A DNA stretch of 64,000 nucleotides from an uncultured virus (IMG/VR IMGVR_UViG_3300001682_000650). Lineage: Duplodnaviria; Heunggongvirae; Uroviricota; Caudoviricetes. Numbering within the stretch: position 1 is the first letter of the stretch; each line of letters starts with the position of its first letter. The stretch lies in the IMG/VR virus record IMGVR_UViG_3300001682_000650; one strand, written 5' to 3'. This document shows, piece by piece, positions 9,974 through 20,400 of the stretch. The position numbers and the translations under genes were made by a program. Under the pieces are notes generated by a model. The model did no database searches and was not told the origin of the DNA. It worked only from the letters and a program-made list of their open reading frames with translations.

Positions 9974-11065
9974 TTACTCCTGTATGTTAAGTGAGGAACT
10001 AACTGAGTTAAGCTTCCCTTGTAAATAGTTTAGGCTTACCTGTATTTTGAATAACAGCCTGCCATCTTGGGCTTTCAGGGCTTGATTAACGTATTCTGCC
10101 ATTTCTTCTACCGTAATGTCTTCTTCATCAGAGATGTAGTATTTATCCCTGTATGGCTGTTCTGATTCCAATATCAGTTCAGGATCTTCAACAGTTAAGT
10201 TGTTTTCTTTTATCCTGTAATACGCTATAAAGTCTTCCGTACTCATCCCAAGAGGATTCGGAAGATATTCTTTGATCATGTCATAGGAAAATATATCGTT
10301 CTTGATAAGGTAGTTATTACGCAATTCTGCGTTCTGTTCCATTGCACTTGTCCGTACTTGCTCAGGAATATCTAAACCTTCACTATAAAGCTTAAATATC
10401 TTTTTATTCAGTACATAGGTAATGAAATCAGATTCAGGCATACCGAGAGGATTTGGTAAGAACTGCACAAGCATATCATATGTGTATGCATCTGTAAGCA
10501 CTCCGTAAAGAGATCTTAAATTTTGATTCTCTATGTCAGCCTCTTCCCTCTTTTGCATCGCTTCCACTTTATCATCATCCGTACTGCTTGGATTTACGAT
10601 GATTTCTGTATAGTAGTCAATTGAGTATTTATTAAACATATACTTTGAGAACACATTAGCTGGCATATTGAATGGGTTTTGGATATCGTACATTGTATCT
10701 TCTTTAATGAACACTGAAATAATTACTTCAGATAGCTTACCGCCCGCACGATTTAATTCAATCAGTTGAGTGACATTTTCTTCAAATGAGATGATAACAC
10801 CAGTGAGCCTATTTGGGTGTGTTGGGTCGTCTTTCAGCAGTCTCAAATCAAAATTATTCGACTCCAGGGTAGCAAGCACACTTGATATTATTCTCCAGTC
10901 CTTACTGACTTGTGTTCCAGAGTCTTGACCATACCCACCTGAACTTTCCACAATATATTGAGTAATAATTTGACTACCTTGATTCGTAAGGTACTTCCTT
11001 ACTTCATTTCTTGCTAATTCAGCTATTGCATACGCAATATATTCATTAGCCACCCCAAAACCCAA
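9974..11065 (-). CDS. hypothetical late protein with internal duplication
   Basis: 363 aa; 'YDML..FLPNPLGM..SDFI.Y' motif occurs twice. Confidence 0.55.
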   Translation of the reverse strand: MGFGVANEYIAYAIAELARNEVRKYLTNQGSQIITQYIVESSGGYGQDSGTQVSKDWRIISSVLATLESNNFDLRLLKDDPTHPNRLTGVIISFEENVTQLIELNRAGGKLSEVIISVFIKEDTMYDIQNPFNMPANVFSKYMFNKYSIDYYTEIIVNPSSTDDDKVEAMQKREEADIENQNLRSLYGVLTDAYTYDMLVQFLPNPLGMPESDFITYVLNKKIFKLYSEGLDIPEQVRTSAMEQNAELRNNYLIKNDIFSYDMIKEYLPNPLGMSTEDFIAYYRIKENNLTVEDPELILESEQPYRDKYYISDEEDITVEEMAEYVNQALKAQDGRLLFKIQVSLNYLQGKLNSVSSSLNIQE

Positions 11066-11067
11066 AG

Positions 11068-13716
11068 TTACCCCTCCATCCAGTAAAGGTCTAAATTCGT
11101 AATATAACCCTGATCTACGTTATACGAATCTTTAATACCTTTAACTACGTACATTCCTTTAGTGTTCGTACTGAAATTAACGATTTCAACAGAATCCATA
11201 AGCTCGATATATGGGTTTCCTTCAACAGCAACCTGCAATGTTCTAAACAGAGATTTTATGTCGAAGAACAGCTTCTTTGCAATCATGTAACGTCTTCCAT
11301 AAGTATTTGCAAAGTCATAGTATTCAGAAGCAGTTTTTCTCTTTCCTTGTGTATACTTCCACAGCTCTATATCAAAGAAGTGGTCAACGTCAAACGGGCC
11401 GCTTATGATCAGGTGATTTCTTATCTTACTATAATCATAGTTTTTATTCACACTGATAAGGTCTTCACCATCTACAAATCGAAATTGTGGTAAAGTAGGG
11501 ATCTGTCCGTACATGAACGGTATAGTTGTAGCACGATAAGTTCCATAACAATCACACCTTTGCCAGTACCCAAGCAACGTACAAATGTTTTCAATATACT
11601 CAGCGAAGTTGGTACCAACGGGGACAGATGTATTCCACCATGCAGGGTTTCTGAATCCAGTACCATCCGGTACACTTGCAATCGTTTTTGTTATTTCTTC
11701 ACCGTACTCATTAAATGTTACATAAATACCACTCTCAGGTCTTACATCAGTATAATATGACTCTTCTATCACAATTGATGGCCTTGCTAAATCTTCGTTC
11801 ACAGTTTTCCAACTATTCATCCCCGCCCTATTTACAAGGTCTTGAATAACAGAAGATGCAAGCCACACTTCTCTCTCATTACCATATTCAATTCGGTTGT
11901 AATTATAAAAATCATTTAACAGTTTCATCATGTCTACACATGTAACTGTTAAAACAGATCCATCACTTGCAACAGATACATTACTCACAAGACCAGTAAA
12001 CCGTCTTTGCAGCTTATCCCCATATCCTATATAGATTCTCACAGGGGCATTTTCAACAAACACTCCTGAAAACTCAGAAATCTCTGTGCCATATTCACTA
12101 AAACGTGCTGGATTATAGTCTGGTGAATAATAACCATTCTTATTAGCAATCGTGAAAGTTGCTTCCGCCGCCCGCATTTCATATTTATAGTCAATATCTA
12201 TAGATATAACATCTTCAATTGTCAGTGTTTTTGAGAAAACAAAGGCACCAGTAGGTATTTTATATACCATTTCAGTAACACCTGACGAGGACTTAAGTGT
12301 AGCATAGTCTGAAAGAACATATGCCTCAGTAGAATTGTACAGTATTTTATACCATTTATGCGTTTCAGTAAGTACTGTTTCTACATATGGGTATGTCTTA
12401 CCTGATTCTAACGGTGCAATGTTCTGACTATTTATTTCCGGAGCATTCTTCATATAAGCGTCACTTGGTAAGTTGTTATTGGCAACCAAAGTGTCCGGTA
12501 AAGATAATTTAGTAGAAGATGCGTCTAAAAGTTTTGTGTACCTATTCACTATCTCAATCTTTTCTATGTATATCGGTGTCGGTCTTGTAACGGAAGAATG
12601 TGGTGTAACAGAAAGAACAAGAGTCTGAGCACCATTCAAAGAAGCAGGAGCTTGTATAGTTATATTTGTGTAACCATCTGTTGAAGCAGTTGTTGAAAAA
12701 ACTTCATTCCCGCCCAATGTTACAGAAAACTTCTCACCGCCAGACAGGTTACTCTTATACCTAATGGACACTATCGTATCGTTTGTAGATCTGAAAGACT
12801 TAGAAATCATAGAATCCTTCTTAACACTCTTAATAAGAGTCAAAACAGGCAAGTCTCCGTCTTTCGAGATCCCCCACGCTCTATCTGCACCTTGTACAAA
12901 TTCGTTAAGGTCATTGATACTATTGAAATTACTCGAATAAACTTTATCTGAAGTTAGATCATAATGAAGTGATTCAGTACTGTTATCTGACTCAGCATAA
13001 ATCTCTCCGACATCTCTAATTCTCTTTTCGCCGTTCAAGTATGGTAATGGGTCTACTTCCTTACCCGTTGATGATTTAGTAGCACCTGTTCTAATCTCAA
13101 AGTGTAGATGAACGAAATTCCCATTTGGATTGTTCTTATATTGTGTTGTTTCCTCCATTCCGGTCTGGCCCATGTAAGCTATAAGCTGACCTTGTTTAAC
13201 ATGGTCGCCAACCTGTATGGGTCTCCCGCCCACGTTTGCAAAGCCATCAAGGTGTAAATATCGTGTTAGATAACCGTTATCGTGAAGTATGCTAATAATA
13301 TGACCGCCATATGCAACATTTCTCTGAACAGAAGTTACCTCACCATCAGCAGCAGCTAATATGTGATCACCTTTACTACCGCCAAAATCAATCCCCCTGT
13401 GATAGTGATGAAATACACCATCTCTCTCTCGTGGTGCTCCAAATAAGCTACTCTCTCTTATAGGCTCAAAATCTGATAAGCTTTTACCTTCAATTGGGAA
13501 CGAAATAGTCACAGCCTTCTCAACTATCTCATTCGGAGCATTAAGATTTACAGAGGGTGCGGCGGTATCAGTATCAAGCATTGCATAGTAAAATTCAGTA
13601 ATCTGATTAGGTATATAATCATACTTATCAACTTCTACACGAACATTGACCTGTTTATTTCCTATCTTAAGTTTGTCTCTCATTAGAGAAAGAACATAAT
13701 CATTTAAATAAATCAT
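11068..13716 (-). CDS. baseplate hub / tail-associated lysin (M23 peptidase, SH3-like domain, hub domain)
   Basis: M23 motifs HRGIDF, YLHL, HLHFE; SH3b-like 'WYKILYNSTEAYVLSDY'; hub-like 'ATFTIANKNG...VRIYIGY...RFTGLV...VTCVDMMKLL'; two genes downstream of the Dit-like gene. Confidence 0.8.
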   Translation of the reverse strand: MIYLNDYVLSLMRDKLKIGNKQVNVRVEVDKYDYIPNQITEFYYAMLDTDTAAPSVNLNAPNEIVEKAVTISFPIEGKSLSDFEPIRESSLFGAPRERDGVFHHYHRGIDFGGSKGDHILAAADGEVTSVQRNVAYGGHIISILHDNGYLTRYLHLDGFANVGGRPIQVGDHVKQGQLIAYMGQTGMEETTQYKNNPNGNFVHLHFEIRTGATKSSTGKEVDPLPYLNGEKRIRDVGEIYAESDNSTESLHYDLTSDKVYSSNFNSINDLNEFVQGADRAWGISKDGDLPVLTLIKSVKKDSMISKSFRSTNDTIVSIRYKSNLSGGEKFSVTLGGNEVFSTTASTDGYTNITIQAPASLNGAQTLVLSVTPHSSVTRPTPIYIEKIEIVNRYTKLLDASSTKLSLPDTLVANNNLPSDAYMKNAPEINSQNIAPLESGKTYPYVETVLTETHKWYKILYNSTEAYVLSDYATLKSSSGVTEMVYKIPTGAFVFSKTLTIEDVISIDIDYKYEMRAAEATFTIANKNGYYSPDYNPARFSEYGTEISEFSGVFVENAPVRIYIGYGDKLQRRFTGLVSNVSVASDGSVLTVTCVDMMKLLNDFYNYNRIEYGNEREVWLASSVIQDLVNRAGMNSWKTVNEDLARPSIVIEESYYTDVRPESGIYVTFNEYGEEITKTIASVPDGTGFRNPAWWNTSVPVGTNFAEYIENICTLLGYWQRCDCYGTYRATTIPFMYGQIPTLPQFRFVDGEDLISVNKNYDYSKIRNHLIISGPFDVDHFFDIELWKYTQGKRKTASEYYDFANTYGRRYMIAKKLFFDIKSLFRTLQVAVEGNPYIELMDSVEIVNFSTNTKGMYVVKGIKDSYNVDQGYITNLDLYWMEG

Positions 13717-13728
13717 ATACCCATCTTC

Positions 13729-15000
13729 CTAACACAATACTTCTAAGAAATATTTTCTGAATCTATTTAATAGATAAGCTGCCTCCCCACGAGATACGGG
13801 CACGTCTAATCCATTCGAATCTAACATACCTATCATAGCATACGAGGAACGTGGTATATCATCGCTCTGGGGTTTACCCTCGGTACTATAGTTCAATACA
13901 TATACTCCATTATGGTATTTCAAATTCTCTACGTTTCTTAGATAAGGCCACCACCACGGGTTCCCTGAAAGTGTCCTTATGTCCAAAAATGCAGAACCAT
14001 GCATTTCGGTATCGCTAATAGTTATTTCACTTACATCTTTATATTTTGAATAAGTTAGTAATAGATGAACTCTCAAACGGTCAAGGAACGCAATAATTTG
14101 AGATTTACTCACAAAAACATCTGGGAAAAACCTGTTTGTATAAATCATTTTATCTGATTCTGCATATAACGATTCGTTTACTATCTTGTATGTCCTTGAA
14201 TCAGACACGCCACTTGAGACAAGACCAACTATGTAGGAAAAGTTAATAACTTCATTTCTAAGATAGAAAGTTGTTACAAATCTATCATCTGGAGTAATTG
14301 AGTAAATGAGATACTCTGACGGTTCAAGTGTTTTCTTAAACCTTTCGATGACAACATCCCATTCGTAAAACATTTTGTCATAATCTACATAATATATTGT
14401 GTTCAATGACGGTTGCTCAGTAGGTAGCTCTAACTCATTTGCAACACACGGTACACGTTTTAATTGTGTACCACTCCAAGTTGCCCTCTCTGAGAAATAA
14501 CTGTACGATGGGTCATACCTATACGAATAGCCACTATAAATATTCATATACGAAAGTGCCTTATTAGGTAGTTTAACACCTTCACTGTCAACATCAAATG
14601 GAGCCCCCAAAGGACTGTAATCTGGCGAGTTTGGATTTGAATACTGTTTCATCATCGGTCTTCCATGACAGATTACTCTTAATAGAGAACCTTGAGGAAC
14701 ATACCTTTTTAAGTATATGATAGTATCAGTTGCAGTAGGTTCGATTCTTAAATAGCCAATTTCAACACTGTCTTGATACACTGAAATCGGGTTCAGCGGG
14801 CTTTCTGTAACTCTCTCGCCCAAATTTATACTATTTGTCATACTGTTTACCTGAATGACCTTATCAATTACAGGGTACCCTTCTTGCATTTTGTTATATG
14901 GGATACTCTTAATGAATGCGTCATACCCATATGTGGGAACAGTACTCATTTCAACAACATCTTTATTAACCCAATGTGAAGCTGGAGTATCAATAAACAA
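13729..15000 (-). CDS. tail protein with SLH-like motifs
   Basis: probable TTG start at 15000 after GAGGAGG; SLH-like segments 'FIDTPASHW', 'FFPDVFVSKSQIIAFLDRL', 'FLDI...PWWWPYL', 'VSRGEAAYLLNRF'. Confidence 0.65.
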   Translation of the reverse strand: MFIDTPASHWVNKDVVEMSTVPTYGYDAFIKSIPYNKMQEGYPVIDKVIQVNSMTNSINLGERVTESPLNPISVYQDSVEIGYLRIEPTATDTIIYLKRYVPQGSLLRVICHGRPMMKQYSNPNSPDYSPLGAPFDVDSEGVKLPNKALSYMNIYSGYSYRYDPSYSYFSERATWSGTQLKRVPCVANELELPTEQPSLNTIYYVDYDKMFYEWDVVIERFKKTLEPSEYLIYSITPDDRFVTTFYLRNEVINFSYIVGLVSSGVSDSRTYKIVNESLYAESDKMIYTNRFFPDVFVSKSQIIAFLDRLRVHLLLTYSKYKDVSEITISDTEMHGSAFLDIRTLSGNPWWWPYLRNVENLKYHNGVYVLNYSTEGKPQSDDIPRSSYAMIGMLDSNGLDVPVSRGEAAYLLNRFRKYFLEVLC

Positions 15001-15021
15001 AGAAATCGCCCTCCTCAACTA

Positions 15022-15051
15022 TAGGGTAGGCGATTTTTGCTATTATGTATT
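15022..15051 (-). promoter_or_regulatory. putative phage late promoter (AATAC-N15-GCCTACCCTA)
   Basis: conserved proximal element, degenerate distal element, upstream of 13729..15000. Confidence 0.6.
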
Positions 15052-15082
15052 AAATTCAGTGGGCGGGGATCCGTGCGACAAA

Positions 15083-15727
15083 TTACTGGATCATTCTCTT
15101 TACTGTCTTTCTTAATCGATTAAGAAATGTTATCATCTCTGCTCTGGTCACGTACGCATTTGGTCTATAAGTATAAACATAACCTGTATCAGATAAAGTT
15201 GCCACTAACCCATAGGCAGCTATTTCAATAATATCTTTTTCGAATTCATTTCCTTCTATGTCCGAAAACTGAACAGTATGATCTTCTTCATGTGTGTCTT
15301 TTTTAATTCCCTGTAAAGTAAGTTTAATAAAATACTTCATCCCCGCCTCTAGGCGTTCGACAGAAGGCTCCCCAGTAACACAACAATGGTATATGTACCC
15401 ATTCTCGTCATAGTACTTTAAGTCACCTTTAAGGAAATGGACAAACTCAGCATATTTAACACTGTCTTTGAAATAAATCTTAAGCTCTATTTTGTATGAA
15501 GTTATACCACTTCCATGAAACCTAGAAGTCCCGCCCAATATTTTTATTTCTGCCGTTTTGTATGACGGGGTGGGTGGAGTGTATTCTTCTACAATCCTGC
15601 CAAGAAACCTATCCGTGTTATAGTATAAATTACCTGCAGCTATCGGTACGTACCCTAAGGGAGATTTTCCATATAAAACTCTTCTAAATAATTCCCCAGA
15701 AGGTTTACTAACGTCTTGTTGTGCCAT
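15083..15727 (-). CDS. distal tail protein (Dit-like) fused to a C-terminal SLH domain
   Basis: first tail gene after the tape measure and moron; C-terminus 'FSDIEGNEFEKDIIEIAAYGLV...YRPNAYVTRAEMITFLNRL' matches the SLH consensus including TRAE. Confidence 0.7.
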   Translation of the reverse strand: MAQQDVSKPSGELFRRVLYGKSPLGYVPIAAGNLYYNTDRFLGRIVEEYTPPTPSYKTAEIKILGGTSRFHGSGITSYKIELKIYFKDSVKYAEFVHFLKGDLKYYDENGYIYHCCVTGEPSVERLEAGMKYFIKLTLQGIKKDTHEEDHTVQFSDIEGNEFEKDIIEIAAYGLVATLSDTGYVYTYRPNAYVTRAEMITFLNRLRKTVKRMIQ

Positions 15728-15743
15728 GAAACCACCTCAAGAT

Positions 15744-15773
15744 TAGTATAGGCAGAAAGACATCTTTTTTACT
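15744..15773 (-). promoter_or_regulatory. putative phage late promoter (AGTAA-N15-GCCTATACTA)
   Basis: conserved proximal element upstream of the Dit-like gene. Confidence 0.6.
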
Positions 15774-15823
15774 AAAAACCAAGAGTAACATTGAACGTTA
15801 CGGTGAAAGATTATTTTATCCCT

Positions 15824-16119
15824 CTTTTACCATTTTTCATAGTCTAAAAAATGAACCGCCTTCTATATATATATATATATATATATATAATAAAAAGTAT
15901 TATATATAAGACTAATGTTAACATAAAATTCCCCCTTAAAATGTTAACTTAAAGGTTAGAGTTAGGCGAAAATATTAACACAAAGTCTACAGGTTAAATT
16001 AAACACTTTTACCATTTTTCATAGTCTAAAAAATGAACCGCCTTCTATATATATATATAATAAAAAGTATTATATATAAGAAGGCGGTTCAATTTTTGAA
16101 CTAATGTTAACATAAAATT
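15824..16119. repeat. two tandem AT-rich palindromic repeat units (copies A and B)
   Basis: CTTTTACCATTTTTCATAGTCTAAAAAATGAACCGCCTTC(TA)nATAAAAAGTATTATATATAAG...ACTAATGTTAACATAAAATT at 15824 and 16006; inverted copies at 40.8-41.1 kb. Confidence 0.9.
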
Positions 16120-16150
16120 TTTACCGAAACTTCCTCTAACCAAAGATGCG

Positions 16151-17344
16151 TTAATGGTTCATGTTAACATACTTAGATTCTACTATGATTATATCGTCAA
16201 AGTAAGCATCCCCAAGCTTGCCTAATTCTAATCTAACGTGTGATCCTTCTTTTACTTCTGGCAGTGTAAATTTCATAGCCCGCTGTTGCCATTCTCCATT
16301 ACCATCCATTCTTAATGCGTAATAGTTCTGATATGTAAAATACACAGACGTTCTGTCTACTGCTTTAGCATGGAATATTAATACATATTCAACATCCTTC
16401 TGTAGTGTAAGGTATTGGTATACCATACCACCGTTTCTCCAGTATAATGCTTTATCACCAGATACTTTTTCATTAGATACAATAGTTTTTATTCCAGAAC
16501 TTACTTCATTACTCTCAAACGCCCACCCTCGCCAATCAAAACCGGCTCCTACATCTCCTTTATAAATACCTTCCTCAAAACCACCATCTACGACTAAGTT
16601 ATGTTTTCTTATTTCGTCTGTTATTTCTATGTAGTCAAGTAGCTCCCCGCCCTCTACTATAGGTCTTCCCTGTTTATCTACCATAGGTGTCGGGGTTGGC
16701 GTGGGTGATGGGGTAGGTATCCTCTCATCTATTCTCTTTAACGCTCTGTAGATAAGAGTGGCCGCCTCTGCTCTCGTAAGTTTACCGAATGGCATAAATT
16801 CAAAGTTGGAGCCCTGCATTAACCCATGTTTTACTACTTGGTTGATATAGCCTAAATGCGGTGTGTACACGTTATCAAGGTCATCAAACATGGTATATAG
16901 TTGGCTAAAATCTTCAGTATTATCGTACCCAAAATAAATCGATAATGCTTTGGCAGCTTCAAATCGTTGGAGTTTGGCTGTAGGATTAAAAAGAATTCGT
17001 TTTGGTTGATTTGGGTAAGGAGACCCTCCCACATACGGATACGCAGCTCTTACATACTCCAGGCTCCATCTTCCTTCACAGTCTTGGAAATAGTTATCAT
17101 TTGGAACCATTTCAATACCAAGAGCAAGTACAAACATTTTCGAAAACTCCTCCCGTGTAACTGCATCATTGGGTAGGAATTTGCCATCAGGAGTTCCATT
17201 AATGATCCCACGCTCTGACATGTCATTTATATACTCATATGCCCAATGACCTTCTGGGACATCTGAGAAGCTTAGCCCATATGCTCCGAGTGGGAACACA
17301 AAAATAATTGCCAGTACTAAAAGTGCCAATAATTTTTTAGACAT
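16151..17344 (-). CDS. secreted S-layer homology (SLH) protein with PT linker and CBM-like C-terminal domain (moron)
   Basis: probable start MSKKLLALLVLAIIF (signal peptide); three SLH repeats (FSDVPEGHWA..TREEF; LQRFEAA; LTRAEAA); PTPSPTPTPTP linker; 'NLVVDGGFEEG...AYFDDI' CBM4/9-like beta-sandwich. Confidence 0.85.
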   Translation of the reverse strand: MSKKLLALLVLAIIFVFPLGAYGLSFSDVPEGHWAYEYINDMSERGIINGTPDGKFLPNDAVTREEFSKMFVLALGIEMVPNDNYFQDCEGRWSLEYVRAAYPYVGGSPYPNQPKRILFNPTAKLQRFEAAKALSIYFGYDNTEDFSQLYTMFDDLDNVYTPHLGYINQVVKHGLMQGSNFEFMPFGKLTRAEAATLIYRALKRIDERIPTPSPTPTPTPMVDKQGRPIVEGGELLDYIEITDEIRKHNLVVDGGFEEGIYKGDVGAGFDWRGWAFESNEVSSGIKTIVSNEKVSGDKALYWRNGGMVYQYLTLQKDVEYVLIFHAKAVDRTSVYFTYQNYYALRMDGNGEWQQRAMKFTLPEVKEGSHVRLELGKLGDAYFDDIIIVESKYVNMNH

Positions 17345-17379
17345 AGAATCAGCCCCCTTCAACAAAATTTTACATTTTT

Positions 17380-17408
17380 ATTGTACCACAAGGCAATAAG
17401 TTTGTAAA
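17380..17408 (-). promoter_or_regulatory. sigmaA-type promoter for the SLH moron
   Basis: minus strand TTTACA-N17-TACAAT with extended -10 TG. Confidence 0.7.
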
Positions 17409-17432
17409 TTTTGGTGATGGGGGCGGTGTCAG

Positions 17433-20400
17433 TTATCTTATTGCTCTATTCACAGCTCTATTTATTGCGTCTGTTAAATCTCTTTCTACCCTACTGATAC
17501 TGTTCGGGTCAGCAAAGTTAGCATGGTCAAATGTCACGGATACATTTATGTTTCCTCTTTGACCTGAGAGTGTTCTATCGGTAGCTGTTGCTTGAAGTAT
17601 ATCGTTATAAGTAATCACTCTAAGCCCATCCGGTAATCCAAAGGATACTCTGTTTTCATTAAGCTTCCTGATAGCTACAAGGTTTTCGTTTTGCTTTGCT
17701 AATAAATCCAGTATTTCGAGTTGATATTTTTCACTGTTCGGGGATCCTTCACTGATAATCTTTTCAAGATCCCTAATCCTTACACTAAACGCAACATTCT
17801 GTTCTTCAAGTTTTCTTCTGGTTATTAGTCTTTCATATAAGGAATCTTCTCCTAATCCCCTTAACTGTGCTTGTGCTATTGCTATTCTGGCTTCAGCGTC
17901 TGCTCTCCCCGCAGCCATGTTCATGACTGTTTCAGAAGCAACGTACGGCATTTCCTCTAAGCTCTTCCGATACTGAAGCATTGATGCATTAGCTGAACTC
18001 TCCAACTGTAGCACTTCTGCTTCTCTTATCCTTCTTGTCTCTATTACGGCTTCAAGATCTGTAAGTAGTTTTTCTGAATCAAAGGCCCCGCCGGACATTA
18101 AGCCGTTGTAGATTTCACGATTTATACGCACAACCTCTTTATCTATTACGGGTCTGATCATCGTCTCAAACTCTTTACGTGCAGTATCTGCCGCTTTTTT
18201 GTCTGCTAAAGCTTTATCATGCAGAGCTTGAATCTCTTGATTGACAGCGGTAGCCGAATAATCAGCTATTCCAAGCCCCCACCTAGTCAGACGATTCTGC
18301 GATGCTATCGCCTCAGCTTTTGCTGTTTCTGACGACAATACTTCGCTAATGTATGACAGGTGTTTGCTAAACTCTGTGAATACATTCTCAAGTGTTTCTC
18401 TGTATCCTGCAATTGCCTTAACAATGCTGTTTCTTTCAGATTCAAGTATCTTCATTATTTCACTGTCTGCTTTTTTCATTTTGAATTCAGGGTCATTCTT
18501 TATTTTATTTAACATTACATCAAATGGTACGCCTGCTTCATTAGCAAGTTGCTGAACTTTTTCAGCCCCACCCGCTAAAACAAGCTCACTTTGATAGATC
18601 ATTGCTTCTATTCCGGACAGTGCCTCTTCATAATGAGCAAGCTGTTTTTTTGCAAATTCTTTTTCAATGTTTATCATCTTATCAGAATTTGCAGATAATC
18701 CAACTAATGTAGCATCTAATCGCTCTGCTATAAGCTCTGTATCATTCATGGCAGTTAGTGTTGAAAGCCATGACTCCCAATACTCTATAGCAGTCTGTAT
18801 TGCTTCCAAGCTTGCTGCAAAGCTCTCTGCGTCTGTTCCTTTTGATGAGAACGCATCAATGATCATTTTTTCTGCAAGTGTATTCATTCTTGTTTCAGAT
18901 ATATTTGTTTCTTTAGATGCCTTATAGTATTCTTCAAGATATTTTTTTACTATTGCTTCTCGTTCTTCTGGGCTCTGTGCATAAGCTATTGCCTGTTTAG
19001 CAGTACTTTTAGGGTACAGATCAATACCCAATATACTTTCTATAAAGTCAACTATAGAGTATTTACCGCCAGGTGCGAAGAAAGCTTTAATCCTTTCCCA
19101 AGCTTTTTGCCACTCTTTGTCAGTATCCATCAGTACAGCCATTTCTTTAGCTGTCTCGTATGCTCTTCTTGCCTTTATGTCCTTAGGCTGTACAGCTTCT
19201 GCTACTGTACTTGTTATGAAAGTGGTTATCGCTCCAATGGCCCAGTTAATAAGCATTCCCTTAAGTCCTGCAAAGATCGATGTTAAAATAGAGGAGCCTA
19301 TTCCTTTATCTTTGAATTCCTGTGCCTCTTTTGTTTTCTTAATATAATCCTCACTGGAACCGCCCGCCTCAAACTCTGCATTTGCCCTCATTTGTGCTTC
19401 GCTCAATTCTGCTTGGGCGGAGGCAGCGGTTCTGGAGGACGTTGCAAGTTTATCTGCTTCACGCCTCAGGTTAGCAAGTTCTACAGAAAGTTTCTTCAGC
19501 TCTATCCCTGAACTTGACTCTGACATTGATTTCAACTGCTCGTTTACTTCTGCCATTATCGATTCTTCATCTACCAGTTTACCAACCGCTTTGTACTTGT
19601 CAGCAACATTTTTCTTTACAGCTTCTTTGTCTATGTCACCAGTATCCATAAAAGGTATCCCAGAAGAATCCTTCAGCTTATTTATTCTCTGCTCAATCTC
19701 ACTCTGTCTGGTCATGTTTTTAACATACCGTTCCGCTTTACTGTCTGCGTCATTAATAAGCTCCCATGCCTTTTCCACGATGGGGGCGACAGCACCGAAT
19801 CTACTCTTAATCTTTTCAGAATCACCGGAGTTCAAAACACTCACGATTTCAGAAGGAATCATATTTATCCCATAATGTCTTAATGTCTTTACAAAGGATT
19901 CTTTTGTACTGCTTGTTTTTTCTTTTAGCTTTGTAGCTTCAAATATATTCTTGATCCCGCCACGTGTGGTGCCAGATTTTGAGCCTTTTGTAACAGAAGC
20001 GCCCATGTCGGCATAAGCCGATACAATGTTGTTGATCGTCTGTTCTATAGACACCATTTCTGTATCTACTTCGGTCAATGTTTTAATCATATCAGCTTTT
20101 CGTTTGACAACCTCACTGTATGTATCTAAAGCTTGGTTTGATTTACGCAAAGCTTGCTCTGCTTCGTCTTCCAGAATAGCAATCTGGTCTCTGAGCCTTT
20201 CAAGTGTAAATTTGTTATCCTCTAAGTTTTCAGGGTTCAGTGACACTCTTGAAGCTTCTTTTAATTGAGTTTCAAGCTCACTGATATCAGAATTAGACAG
20301 CCTTCCGCTTTCAAGAAGTTCAATACGCCTGCCTACAACGTCACGCTTTCTTCTTGCAAGAGAAGCTTCGCTGGAATCTGAACCGTACTGTCTCTCATAA

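Noticed and set aside
15824..16119. Possible CRISPR array
   Set aside because: Only two long AT-rich units per locus, no regular repeat-spacer period, and no cas genes in the window
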